A stretch of DNA of 64,000 nt, taken from NCBI GenBank assembly GCA_963748585.1, contig CAVVJR010000002.1, forward strand, positions 8,468-72,467, in the 5' to 3' direction. Positions 29,429-38,997 of this stretch are shown piece after piece. Origin of the DNA: an uncultured Solirubrobacterales bacterium (lineage in GTDB: Bacteria > Actinomycetota > Thermoleophilia > Solirubrobacterales > Solirubrobacteraceae). The notes beneath the pieces were generated by a model. That model searched no databases. It was not told where the DNA came from and saw nothing but the letters and a program-made list of their open reading frames with translations. The stretch's first letter is position 1. The number at the start of each line of letters is the position of its first letter. Made by a program: the position numbers and the translations under genes.

Positions 29429-30268
29429 GTGCCCCCACCCCCACCTCCACCCCCGCCCGAGACCGCGGATCCGCCCTCAGACCGCCCCGTTCCCGAGACC
29501 GCAGATCCCTCGTCCGACCGCCACCCGTTCACGCGGCGGGCGGCCGCCTCGTCGTTGCGCGACATGCGGGGTTGGAACGCGGCCGTCGCCGCTTCGTCGG
29601 CCATCGTGGTGCTCGTCGTCCTGGCCACCGGGATCGGATGGCTGGCCAGCCTGCATTCGCACACGACCACCTACTCGGTCTCCGCGCTGGTCTCCCAGGT
29701 TGACCTGCAGGTGTCCTCGGGACAGGCCGTGATCGTCGGCAGCAGCTCCCCCTCGTTACAGGTCCGGCGGACCGACCGCTTCGCGTTCGGCCACTCGGCG
29801 CGGGAGCGGCGCTGGCTGACCGGCAACGTCCTGCACATCACGTCTCGATGTCCCACCGTCGTGGTGGGCTCGTGCTCGGCCTCGTACGAGCTGGCGGTAC
29901 CCGAGGCCGTCGCCGTACGAGTGCAGACCAAGGACGGGAACGTGCGCATGACCGGCTTCAACGGCGACGCGACGGTCGCGACCGGCTCGGGCGCCGTCGA
30001 CGTCGAGGCGTATTGCGGCTTCCGCCTCTCGGCCCGCAGCCAGTCGGGGAACCTGTACGTGGCCACGGCGTGCGCGCCGCAGAACCTCAGCCTGGTCACC
30101 GACAGCGGTGACGCAGTCGCGCTCGTCCCGCCCGGTCGTTACCGGATCGGCGCCAGCGGCGGCGCGGGCCGAGGGCAGGTCACTGGCCTTCGCAGCGATC
30201 CGACCGCGCCGTTCAGCATCGACGCGCACAGCGTGCAGGGAAGCGTGACCGTCGAGGGCGGCCTGTGA
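29429..30268 (+). CDS. membrane-anchored DUF4097/adhesin-like beta-repeat protein
   Basis: TM, then CSASYELAVP, TKDGNV, TGSGAV, SQSGNL, TDSGDA repeats; GGAG RBS. Confidence 0.75.
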   Translation: MPPPPPPPPPETADPPSDRPVPETADPSSDRHPFTRRAAASSLRDMRGWNAAVAASSAIVVLVVLATGIGWLASLHSHTTTYSVSALVSQVDLQVSSGQAVIVGSSSPSLQVRRTDRFAFGHSARERRWLTGNVLHITSRCPTVVVGSCSASYELAVPEAVAVRVQTKDGNVRMTGFNGDATVATGSGAVDVEAYCGFRLSARSQSGNLYVATACAPQNLSLVTDSGDAVALVPPGRYRIGASGGAGRGQVTGLRSDPTAPFSIDAHSVQGSVTVEGGL

Positions 30269-31855
30269 GCTGGCCGGCGCAACCCCTGACCGGCCCGCCG
30301 ACGGGATCGCGCGTGCGGGGAAGCGGAGCCGAGTGGGCGCTGCGGGCGGAGCGGGCATCCAAGGAGCTCGGCTACGTCCTCCTCGGCCTGCCCTTGGGGG
30401 CGGTCTACATGCTGCTGGTGATCGGCGGCGTCGTGGTGGGCGCGCTGCTCGGGGCGCTGTGGGTCGGGCTGCCCTTGCTGGTCGTCACCTTCGGGCTGCT
30501 CTGGCGCTGTGCCGAGGTCGAGCGCAGGCTCGCCAACAGCCTGCTGGAGGCCCGCATCTCGCCCTTGCCCCCGCTGCGCCCGTCGCGTGGCGCCGGCGTG
30601 TTCGCGCGGATCCGCTCGCGCGTCAGCAGCCGGGCCTTCTGGCGTGCCGTGGTCCTGCTCAGCCTCAGGCTCCCCGTCTCGGCGGTGGCGACGGCACTGA
30701 TCGCCGCCGCGCTGATCGCCACCGTCGGCCTGCTGGTCATCGGCGTCGGCGGGATCACCGGAGCACGGACCGGGTACATCGGTCCGCTCGCGATCAATCC
30801 GCCCGTGGGCGTGCTCCTGTGCCTGCTCGCCGTCCCCGTCGCGGTGGTGACGGTGGCGCTCACCGACCTCACCGCTCTCGTGCTCCGGGGGATCGCGAGG
30901 TCGCTCCTGGTCACCAGCCTTCCGGCCGGCGCCCCGGTTCAGGAGACCCTGGCCAGCAGCCTGGGTGACCGCACGCTGTGGATCGCGTACTGGCTTCCGG
31001 ACCGCGAGACGTTCGTCGACGAGCGCGGCCACACGGTTCCCCTGCCCGAGCCGGGCTCGGGCAGAGCCTGGACATCGGTCGACTACGAGGGCCGCCGCGT
31101 GGCCGCGATCATCCATGACGCCAACCTCGAGGCCAGCGCCGAGCTTGTGCAGGCCGCCGCGGCGGCCGCTTCGCTGGCCCTCGACAACGAGCGGCTCAAG
31201 GCCGACCTGCGGGCGCGCGTGCAGGAACTCAGAGCGTCGCGGGTGCGCCTCGTCCAGGCCTCCAACGCCGCGCGCCAGAAGCTCGAGCGCGACCTCCACG
31301 ACGGAGCGCAGCAGCAGCTCGTCGCGATGGCCGTGGAGCTGCGGCTGCTGCGCAATCGCGTCGGTCGGCAACGCCGAGGCCGCGGAGCTGATCGACCGCA
31401 TCGACGAAAAGCTCGGGGCCGCCCTGGACGAGCTGCGGGAGCTCGCCCGCGGCATTCATCCGGGGATCCTGACCGATCGTGGGCTCTCGCCGGCGCTCGA
31501 GTCGCTGGCGAGCCGCGCGCCGATCGCGGTCGAGTGTGAGATCGACCTCCCCTCACGGCCCCCCGCCTCGGTGGAGGTGGTGGCGTACTTCGTCATCGCG
31601 GAGGCGCTGACCAACGTGCTGAAGTACGCGCAGGCCTCCCAGGCCACCTTGCGCGCTCGTTACGAGGGCGACGACGTGCTGGTCGAGATGGAGGACGACG
31701 GGATCGGCGGTGCGGACGAGGGCAAGGGCACGGGCTTGCAGGGACTCCGGGACCGGGTCGGCGCACTGGACGGAAGCTTGACCGTCATCAGCTCCGAGGG
31801 CAGTGGGACCCTGGTGCGCGCGTGCATCCCCTGCCGCGCCGAGGGATCGTCGTAG
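30265..31855 (+). CDS. sensor histidine kinase (HisKA_3 type), one frameshift near 31360
   Basis: Multi-TM sensor; KLERDLHDGAQQQL; LRELARGIHP; EALTNVLKYA; EDDGIGGA...GTGLQGL. Confidence 0.9.
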
Positions 31856-31911
31856 ACCCGCAGGCCGTCAGGGGCCGTCGTAGACCCGCCGGCCGTCAGG
31901 GGCCGTCGTAG
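31848..31911. repeat. 28-bp tandem repeat (about 2.3 copies) between convergent genes
   Basis: cgtcgtagacccgcmggccgtcaggggc; includes the kinase stop codon. Confidence 0.8.
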
Positions 31912-31923
31912 GGCGGCCCCGTC

Positions 31924-32877
31924 TCAGAGCAGGCCGTTGGCGCCCAGGAACTGCCGCGCCACGGCGGCCGGCTTCTGCTGGTCCAGCGACACGGCGGCGT
32001 TCATGAGTCTGAGCGCTTCGGTACTGAGCCGGGCGCTCACGGCGTTGATCGTCTGCGCGAAGCTGGGCCCTTCGCGGGCCAGCACGCCGTCGCGCACGAG
32101 GAAGGTGACGTTCTGAAACCCGAAGATGTTCTTCGGGTCCGACAGCATCGCGTACCCCCCACGGGTGAGATTCCCGTCCGTCGTGAAAGCGACCGCAAGC
32201 TGCGCTCGCCCGTCGGCCAGCGCCTGGTACTGCGTCCCGATCGGGACACCGAGGAACCGGAGCGACGTGACCCCGTACTCCTGCTTCAGGCCCAGGAGGC
32301 CGCTGAATCGCGTCTTGAACTCCGGAGGCCCGGCCAACGTGGCCGTCGACCCGAGCTGCGCCATGTCAGATAGCGACTTCAGCCGATGCTGGGCCGCGTA
32401 GGCGGGCTTGGCGATCACGACGTCAGTGTCCGTTGCCGGGGCCATGGCCAGGGACACGGCGTGGCGGGCTCGCTCGACTCCGGCCGCCAGCTCATAGGCC
32501 CCGTCCGCGCTCCCCGGGCGCTTCGGGTTGTGACCGAACACGGTGAGGATCGTGCCGGTGTATTCGGGATAACCGTCGATCGCGCCCGAGGTGAGCTTCT
32601 GGTCCATCAGCTCGGAAGGCCCGAGGTCGTTCTTCAGGATGACTCTGTATCCCCGGGCCTCCAGCGCCTGCGCGTAGAGCTGTCCGAGGATGAACTCCTC
32701 GGTGAAGTTCTTGGTCCCCAGGATGAAGGCCGGTTTCCCGGCGCCGGGAAGGTGGGCGGGGGCCGAAGAGGCGGCGGCGGTGGTGGGGGTCCGAGACCGA
32801 GGGGAGCTGTTCGAACCGCAAGCCGAGACCGCGACCATGACCGCGGCCACAAGGCCTATGGACAGTCGCCCACGCAC
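31924..32877 (-). CDS. glycine betaine/osmoprotectant ABC substrate-binding lipoprotein (OsmF/OpuAC-like)
   Basis: Lipobox VSAC; GTKNFTEEFILGQLY; IDGYPEYTGT; AFTTDG. Confidence 0.9.
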   Translation of the reverse strand: MRGRLSIGLVAAVMVAVSACGSNSSPRSRTPTTAAASSAPAHLPGAGKPAFILGTKNFTEEFILGQLYAQALEARGYRVILKNDLGPSELMDQKLTSGAIDGYPEYTGTILTVFGHNPKRPGSADGAYELAAGVERARHAVSLAMAPATDTDVVIAKPAYAAQHRLKSLSDMAQLGSTATLAGPPEFKTRFSGLLGLKQEYGVTSLRFLGVPIGTQYQALADGRAQLAVAFTTDGNLTRGGYAMLSDPKNIFGFQNVTFLVRDGVLAREGPSFAQTINAVSARLSTEALRLMNAAVSLDQQKPAAVARQFLGANGLL

Positions 32878-32977
32878 GTACGCGCCCCCTGCCGGACCGA
32901 CTGCATCGCACGAGGCTAGCAAGCCCGTTCCGAGGGAACCGGCGGCGGATTCCCCGCGCGCTTCTAGCCTTCGCGGG

Positions 32978-33343
32978 ATGGACATCGTCCGGCGTGAGCA
33001 GCGCAAGCCGTTCATCACCGCCGACGGCTCATCGATCCGGGAGCTGGCCGGGGTGCCGTCCGGCAACGCCGGGCAGCAGAGCCTGGCCGAGGCCACCGTG
33101 CCACCCGGCGGCGCCACCGTCGCCCACCTGCACCGCCGCAGCGAGGAGATCTATCTGTTCACCGGCGGCACAGGGCGGATGCAACTCGGCGACGAGCAGC
33201 GCCCGGTCGTGGCCGGGGACTGCGTGGTCATACCGCCGGGGGTCATCCACAAGCTGTGGGCCGACGCGGATGAGCCGCTCGTCCTTCTGTGCTGCTGCGC
33301 TCCGCCCTACTCACACCAGGACACGGTGCTGCTCGACCGCTGA
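32978..33343 (+). CDS. cupin domain protein
   Basis: PFITADGSSIREL, HLHRRSEEIY, IPPGVIHKL, CCAPPYSHQDT. Confidence 0.88.
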   Translation: MDIVRREQRKPFITADGSSIRELAGVPSGNAGQQSLAEATVPPGGATVAHLHRRSEEIYLFTGGTGRMQLGDEQRPVVAGDCVVIPPGVIHKLWADADEPLVLLCCCAPPYSHQDTVLLDR

Positions 33344-33357
33344 GGGCCGGCCTGCGC

Positions 33358-33579
33358 TCAGAACCGGCCGGGCGCGCGCGAAGCGTCGCCCGGGAGCGAG
33401 ACCGAGAAGGAGCGCCTGGGCGTCACGCGCGTGTGCCGGACCGGCGCCAGGTGAACGGCCAGCACCTGCTTCTCGAAGCGCTGATGTCCCATCGAGGTCG
33501 CGCCGAAGCCCACGCCGAGGATGGCGGCGGCCAAGCTCAACATGCCCGCCAGAGACGGTGTGGTTCTCCTCAACCCCAC
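33358..33579 (-). CDS. small putative membrane or secreted protein
   Basis: Strong TAAGGAG RBS before GTG; hydrophobic MLSLAAAILGVGFGA. Confidence 0.4.
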   Translation of the reverse strand: MGLRRTTPSLAGMLSLAAAILGVGFGATSMGHQRFEKQVLAVHLAPVRHTRVTPRRSFSVSLPGDASRAPGRF

Positions 33580-33709
33580 CCTCCTTAAATCGGTCGCATG
33601 GGCGCCGAGGTTGAGCCCCGATGGTCAGCTCAAATGAGTCTGCGCGAGCGCTCGCCTCCGTAGACTCGCGAGCAGTGAAGCCAGGCGCACCGCAATCACG
33701 AGGAGAAAG

Positions 33710-35257
33710 ATGATGTCGATCGCGCAGGAGCAACGCGAGGAATCGGACCGCGGCGACGAGGGCCCGGACGTGCTCCGGGTCGAAAATCCGGCCACCGGCC
33801 AGCCGGTCGCCGAGGTGCCGTCGCTGAGCCGGGATGGAGTGCTCGAGCTCGTCCAGCGGGCGCGCGCGGCGCAGCCGGCGTGGGAAGCCCTCGGGTTCAG
33901 CGGCCGGGGCAAGCTGATGCGGGACATGCGCAAGTGGCTGGTCGAGAACCGCAAGCGCGTCATCAAGACGCTCAGCGACGAGAACGGCAAACCCTACGAA
34001 GACGCTCAACTCGAGATCTTCTACTGCGCCGACGCGCTCGGGTTCTGGGCCAGGAAGGCGCCGAAGTGGCTCGCCGACGAGCGCGAGCGGCCGCACTCGC
34101 CGTTGCTCCTCGGTCGCAAGGTCGTCAACCGCTACGTGCCCTACGGCGTGGTCGGCGTCATCGGGCCCTGGAACTACCCCCTGATCAACAACTTCGGCGA
34201 CGCGATCCCGGCCCTCATGGCCGGCAACAGCGTCATCCTCAAGCCGGCCTCGATCACCCCTATGAGCTCGATGCTGATGCAGGAGGGCATGCGCGCGGTC
34301 GGCGCCCCCGAGGACGTGTTCCTGGTCGCCAACGGCCCGGGAAGCACGGTGGGAAGCGCGCTGGTCGATTCGGTTGACATGCTCCACTTCACCGGGTCGA
34401 CCGAGGTCGGTCGTCGGCTGGCCGAACAGGCGGCCAAGCGCCTGCTCCCCATCACGCTCGAGCTCGGCGGCAAGGACCCGATGATCGTCCTGCGCGACGC
34501 CAACCTCGAGCGCGCCGCCAACGCGGCCGTGTGGGGCGCGCTTCAGAACGGCGGCCAAACCTGCATCTCGGTCGAGCGGGTGTACGTGGAGGGCGAGGCC
34601 TACGAGCCGTTCGTGGCCAAGGTGGTCGAAAAGGTCTCCAAGCTCCGCCAGGGCCCGCCCGGCCGGGCCGGCGAGGTTGAGATCGGGGCCATCACCTCGC
34701 CCGAGCAGGCCGACATCGTGGACGAGCATCTGCGCGACGCGATCGAAAAGGGCGCCCGGGTCGAGGTCGGCGGCAAGCGAGGCCAGGGACCGGGAACCTT
34801 CATCGAGCCGACCGTCCTGACCAACGTCGATCACTCGATGAAGATCATGCGCGAGGAGACCTTCGGCCCGACGCTGCCGATCATGCGGGTCGAGAGCGAG
34901 GAAGAGGCGATCAAGCTGGCCAACGACTCCGACATGGGGCTCGACGCGAGCGTGTTCGCCAAGGACGCCGGCCACGCCGAGCACGTGGCGCGCCAGGTGC
35001 AGTCCGGCGCCGTGGTCGTCAACGACGCCCTGGCCAACTACTTCGCCATGGAGATTCCGATCGGGGGCATGAAGGAGTCTGGCGTGGGCGCCCGGCACGG
35101 CCGGATCGGGATCCAGAAGTACGCCAAGCGCCAGAACCTGGTCGTGACCCGCTTTGGCTTGAACCGGGAGATCTATTACTTCCCCTACTCGAAGTCAGCG
35201 ACCAAGCTGACCGAATGGCTGATCGTGGCTCTGTTTGGACGCGGCGGACGGGGCTGA
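33710..35257 (+). CDS. aldehyde dehydrogenase family protein
   Basis: PWNYP, FTGSTEVG, LELGGKDP, GQTC, EETFGP. Confidence 0.95.
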   Translation: MMSIAQEQREESDRGDEGPDVLRVENPATGQPVAEVPSLSRDGVLELVQRARAAQPAWEALGFSGRGKLMRDMRKWLVENRKRVIKTLSDENGKPYEDAQLEIFYCADALGFWARKAPKWLADERERPHSPLLLGRKVVNRYVPYGVVGVIGPWNYPLINNFGDAIPALMAGNSVILKPASITPMSSMLMQEGMRAVGAPEDVFLVANGPGSTVGSALVDSVDMLHFTGSTEVGRRLAEQAAKRLLPITLELGGKDPMIVLRDANLERAANAAVWGALQNGGQTCISVERVYVEGEAYEPFVAKVVEKVSKLRQGPPGRAGEVEIGAITSPEQADIVDEHLRDAIEKGARVEVGGKRGQGPGTFIEPTVLTNVDHSMKIMREETFGPTLPIMRVESEEEAIKLANDSDMGLDASVFAKDAGHAEHVARQVQSGAVVVNDALANYFAMEIPIGGMKESGVGARHGRIGIQKYAKRQNLVVTRFGLNREIYYFPYSKSATKLTEWLIVALFGRGGRG

Positions 35258-35322
35258 GCCCGCACGCACGCCGACGCCGACGTAGCGCGTCGACCCTCCG
35301 GAGGGTAAGCTGCCGAACGGCG

Positions 35323-35772
35323 ATGCGGCTGGCTCAGACGAATCGTTATCCGGACAGGTCCACGCGGCCCTACGTCCGCGAGTCGTATCCGGCTGAACCG
35401 GCGTCGGTGCCGGCGGCCCGTCAGGCCATCGCCGAGTGCGCGGTCGCGGCCGGAGCCACCGAAGAGCAACTCGAGGCGATTCGCCTGGCCAGCTCCGAGG
35501 CGCTGACCAACGCTGTCCAGTTCGCCTACCGGGCGCGGATCGGCCACGTCCACGTGACCGCTCGAGTGGCGGGCGGAGAACTGTGGGTCCTGATCGCCGA
35601 CAACGGGTGCGGGATCCACGCCGGACAGGACAGCGACGGCCTCGGCCTGGGATTGGCGCTGATCTCGCAGTCCACCGACGGCTTCTCGGTCATGGAGCGC
35701 TCAACCGGCGGGACCGAGCTTCGGCTCCGCTTCCGGCTCGACGCCGCGGCCTCCGCCGACGGCCGGCGCTAG
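35323..35772 (+). CDS. RsbW-like anti-sigma/ATP-binding protein (HATPase_c_2)
   Basis: YPAEPASVPAARQ, LASSEALTNAV, IADNGCG, GLGLGLALI. Confidence 0.88.
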   Translation: MRLAQTNRYPDRSTRPYVRESYPAEPASVPAARQAIAECAVAAGATEEQLEAIRLASSEALTNAVQFAYRARIGHVHVTARVAGGELWVLIADNGCGIHAGQDSDGLGLGLALISQSTDGFSVMERSTGGTELRLRFRLDAAASADGRR

Positions 35773-36095
35773 CTTCGCGGATCGGTCGCCTCGGCGACCA
35801 GCCCCGCCTCACCCAGCTTCTCGACCACGAAGTAGTCCCGGCGGCTCTCGACCACGCCCTCACCCTCGGAGAGCTGATGGCCGGCCGCGACCACGAACCA
35901 CCTCGGATTGGTCCGCACGTGCTCGTACTCGTCCGGGGCCATCTCGATCAAGCGGCTGCAGCCGAGCCGAGCGCATTCGCACCGAAACGCAATCGTCGAC
36001 TGATCGCCCGGCCACCGGCCGCGCTTCAGCGCCTCGTTGACGTCCCGGAAGATGGCCTCGTTCCGGGCGATGCGGTCATCCAACGGCTGCTCCAC
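35769..36095 (-). CDS. small Cys-motif protein (NExxFRxVNE / CEC-x4-C pattern)
   Basis: RIARNEAIFRDVNE...FRCECARLGC...EYEHVR...FVVAAGH. Confidence 0.75.
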   Translation of the reverse strand: MEQPLDDRIARNEAIFRDVNEALKRGRWPGDQSTIAFRCECARLGCSRLIEMAPDEYEHVRTNPRWFVVAAGHQLSEGEGVVESRRDYFVVEKLGEAGLVAEATDPRS

Positions 36096-36171
36096 AGTCG
36101 GGATGATCTCACCTCCGAAGGCCGCGGAGGGCCGGATCGTTTCGCCCGCGCCGCCGTACGGGTTGCTCGGC

Positions 36172-37095
36172 TCAGAGCAGCGTCCGCCACGCCTCGAGTA
36201 CCCGGGCGGCCATCCGCTCGGCCGAGTACCGCTCGGCCGCCGCGCGCCCGGGCACTCGCGGATCGGACTGGTCCAGCACGGCGGCCAGGGCGTCGCGCCA
36301 CGACGAGGGGTCGAAGGGCGCGCAGTAGGTCCCCGGGACATCGGCCAGGACCTCGGGGGCGATGCCGACCGGCGTGGCCAGCACCGGCACCTCACAGGCC
36401 AGCGCCTCGAGCACGGCGAGGCCGAAGCTCTCGCGCTCCGAGGTGACGAGAACCGCGTCGGCAGCGTTGACCCACAGCGGGACCTGAGCCGGATCGACCG
36501 CACCCAGCGTGAGCAGAGGAACCGAGCCCGCGACCGCGAGCGCGCGGTCGTGGCGCTTCTCGGGCCGGCCGGGAGCGGCGGGGAAGAGCAGGTAGCGCCC
36601 ATCGGGATCGAGTCCGAGCTCGCGACGGGCCTCACGCCGGGCCAGTGGCCTGAACCGGTTGACGTCGACGCCGCAGGGCAGGACCGCAACCCGCCCCCGG
36701 ACCAGTGTGGCGGGCACCAGCGAGGCCAGGCTGTCCGACACCGGCGCGGCAAGATCGAGGAACGGGAGCGCGGCCAGCGTGATGGCGCGGGAGCGCGGGT
36801 GGACGAGGTCGGTGCCGTGCAACGTCACGGCGTGCGCCTCGCCGCGGGCTCCGAAGGCCGGCCACGCGGTCAACCCGAAGTGGGCGTGCACGACGTCGAA
36901 CCGGGTTCCGCGGTAGCGGCGGCGAAGCGCTCGCGCCGCGTTCACGTAGGGCGAGGTCCCGCCCGGCTCGAAGGCGAACAGCTCGAGCTCGACCTCGGGC
37001 ATCCGCGAGAGCGCCTGAACCTGGTCGCGTACGAAGCTTCCGCGGGCGGGCGCGCGGGGGCCCGGATACATGCTCGTGACCACCAGCGCCCGCAT
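36172..37095 (-). CDS. family 4 glycosyltransferase
   Basis: LVVTSMYP..GSFVRDQ, VHAHFG, ESFGLAVLEALAC. Confidence 0.9.
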   Translation of the reverse strand: MRALVVTSMYPGPRAPARGSFVRDQVQALSRMPEVELELFAFEPGGTSPYVNAARALRRRYRGTRFDVVHAHFGLTAWPAFGARGEAHAVTLHGTDLVHPRSRAITLAALPFLDLAAPVSDSLASLVPATLVRGRVAVLPCGVDVNRFRPLARREARRELGLDPDGRYLLFPAAPGRPEKRHDRALAVAGSVPLLTLGAVDPAQVPLWVNAADAVLVTSERESFGLAVLEALACEVPVLATPVGIAPEVLADVPGTYCAPFDPSSWRDALAAVLDQSDPRVPGRAAAERYSAERMAARVLEAWRTLL

Positions 37096-37223
37096 AGGGC
37101 GGCCACAGTAGCCGTCGAGGCAGGGCAACCACGCGCCGAGCGGGAATATCACCCTGTGATGGCCGCTGTTAAACTGCCCGGCGCGCCTGGGTCCAGCGAT
37201 CCCGCTACGCGTGGCGACACCGG

Positions 37224-38234
37224 ATGAGGATCTGGTTCGACATGACAGCCTCCGCCCATCCGGTTGTGTTCCGTCCGGTGATACTCCGCCTGCGCGAACG
37301 CGGCCACGAGGTGGTGATCACGGCCCGCGACTACGCCCAGACGCTCGGCCTGCTCGATCTCTGCGGGCTCGACTACATCGCGGTGGGCCGGCACGCCGGG
37401 GCCTCGCGGCCCCGCAAGGCGCTCGCCCTGGCGCAGCGGAGCTTGAAGCTGTCCCGGTTCGCATCGAAGGGCGGGTTCGATCTGGCCGTGGCGCACGGCT
37501 CCAACGACCTGGCGCTGGCGGCGGCCTACGCCCGGATCCCGGCCGTGAACATGTTCGACTACGAGTTCGCGATCCAGCAGCACAACATCGGCTGCCGGCT
37601 GGCCCGGCGGGTCATCACCCCGGATGCGATCCCGCCCTCGAGGCTGACCCGATTTGGCGTCAAAGGTGACAAGCTGCTTCAGTACCCGGGACTTAAGGAG
37701 GAGTACTACCTGGCCGACTTCGAGCCGGATCCCACGATCCTCGACCAGCTCGGTGTCGACTCGGCTCGGGTGGTCGTCGTGGTCCGACCCCCGCCGGACG
37801 TCTCGCTGTACCACCGAAAGTCAAACCCCCTGTTCCCCCGCGTGCTGAACCACCTCGGAAATCGTGATGACGTCCAGGCTGTCGTGCTCCCGCGGACCGA
37901 GGCCCAGCGCCAGAACGTCAAGGCCCTCGGCCTGCCCTCGGTGATCACGACCGAGCGCGCAGTCGACGCCCAGAGCCTGATCGCCGCCTCCGACGTGGTC
38001 GTCTCGGCCGGCGGGAGCATGAACCGCGAGGCGGTGGCGCTCGGCGTCCCGGTGTACACGACATACGGCGGGCGCCTGGGCGGCGTGGACGAGGCGCTGA
38101 TCAAGGAAGGCCGGCTGCGGCCGCTCACCGACCCGCGCGCGCTCGTGCTCGAGAAGCGCGCCAGCACGCTGGAGTGGCCGCGCCGCGACCCCGGGCTGCT
38201 GGTCGACATGATCCTCTCGGCGGCCCCGCGATGA
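37224..38234 (+). CDS. DUF354 family protein (GT-B-like)
   Basis: MRIWFDMTASAHPVVFRP, VITARDY, YPGLKEEYYL, AGGSMNREAVALGVP. Confidence 0.85.
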   Translation: MRIWFDMTASAHPVVFRPVILRLRERGHEVVITARDYAQTLGLLDLCGLDYIAVGRHAGASRPRKALALAQRSLKLSRFASKGGFDLAVAHGSNDLALAAAYARIPAVNMFDYEFAIQQHNIGCRLARRVITPDAIPPSRLTRFGVKGDKLLQYPGLKEEYYLADFEPDPTILDQLGVDSARVVVVVRPPPDVSLYHRKSNPLFPRVLNHLGNRDDVQAVVLPRTEAQRQNVKALGLPSVITTERAVDAQSLIAASDVVVSAGGSMNREAVALGVPVYTTYGGRLGGVDEALIKEGRLRPLTDPRALVLEKRASTLEWPRRDPGLLVDMILSAAPR

Positions 38235-38983
38235 GCGCTTGGACCAGGCGCGCCGTGGACGACCTCCGCGGACGGCCCATGGCCGCGCCTGAGCCCGTGC
38301 CCCCGCCCGATCACGAGTCGCTGGTGGAGGAGTACGCGGTCATGGCGCACGCGTTCGAGCCGCGCCAGGTCGATGCGGCGCTGCGGCTGCTCGACATGTC
38401 GATCGCCGGCACGGCGCTGGCGCTCACCGCACCGGTGTCGCTGGCCATCGCGCTGGCACTCAAGCTGACCTCCCCGCGCGGACCGGTGCTCTACCGAGGG
38501 TGGCGCGTGGGCCGCGGCGGCCATCTGTTCCAGATGCTGAAGTTCCGCACCCTGGCGCCCGATGCCGAGCAGCGGCTCGGACCGTTCTACGGCCCCGAGC
38601 TGACCCAGCTGACCCAGACCGAGGTGACTCGGTTCGGGCGCCTGCTCCGGGCCTCCAAGCTGGACGAGCTTCCCCAGCTGATCAACGTCGTCCGCGGCGA
38701 CATGAGCCTGGTCGGGCCACGACCGATCCGGCCCGCCTTCTTCGCCGAGCTGTGCCACGAGATCCCGCAGTACTGGCAGCGGCTGGTCGTGCGTCCGGGC
38801 GTCACCGGGCTCGCCCAGCTACGCCTGACCCGGGAGATGACGTGGGCCGAGAAGCTGGCCCACGACATGGAGTACATCGCCGACCGTTCGGTCAAGCTGT
38901 ACCTGTCGGTGATTGCGACCACCGCGTGGCTGATCGTGGTCCGCCCGGCCAACCGCCGCGCCACGCTCAACCGACTGCCCTAG
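38231..38983 (+). CDS. sugar transferase (monotopic phosphoglycosyl transferase)
   Basis: LKFRT, KLDELPQLINVVRGDMSLVGPRP, VRPGVTGLAQ. Confidence 0.92.
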   Translation: MSAWTRRAVDDLRGRPMAAPEPVPPPDHESLVEEYAVMAHAFEPRQVDAALRLLDMSIAGTALALTAPVSLAIALALKLTSPRGPVLYRGWRVGRGGHLFQMLKFRTLAPDAEQRLGPFYGPELTQLTQTEVTRFGRLLRASKLDELPQLINVVRGDMSLVGPRPIRPAFFAELCHEIPQYWQRLVVRPGVTGLAQLRLTREMTWAEKLAHDMEYIADRSVKLYLSVIATTAWLIVVRPANRRATLNRLP

Positions 38984-38997
38984 GAGGGCGTTCGCCG

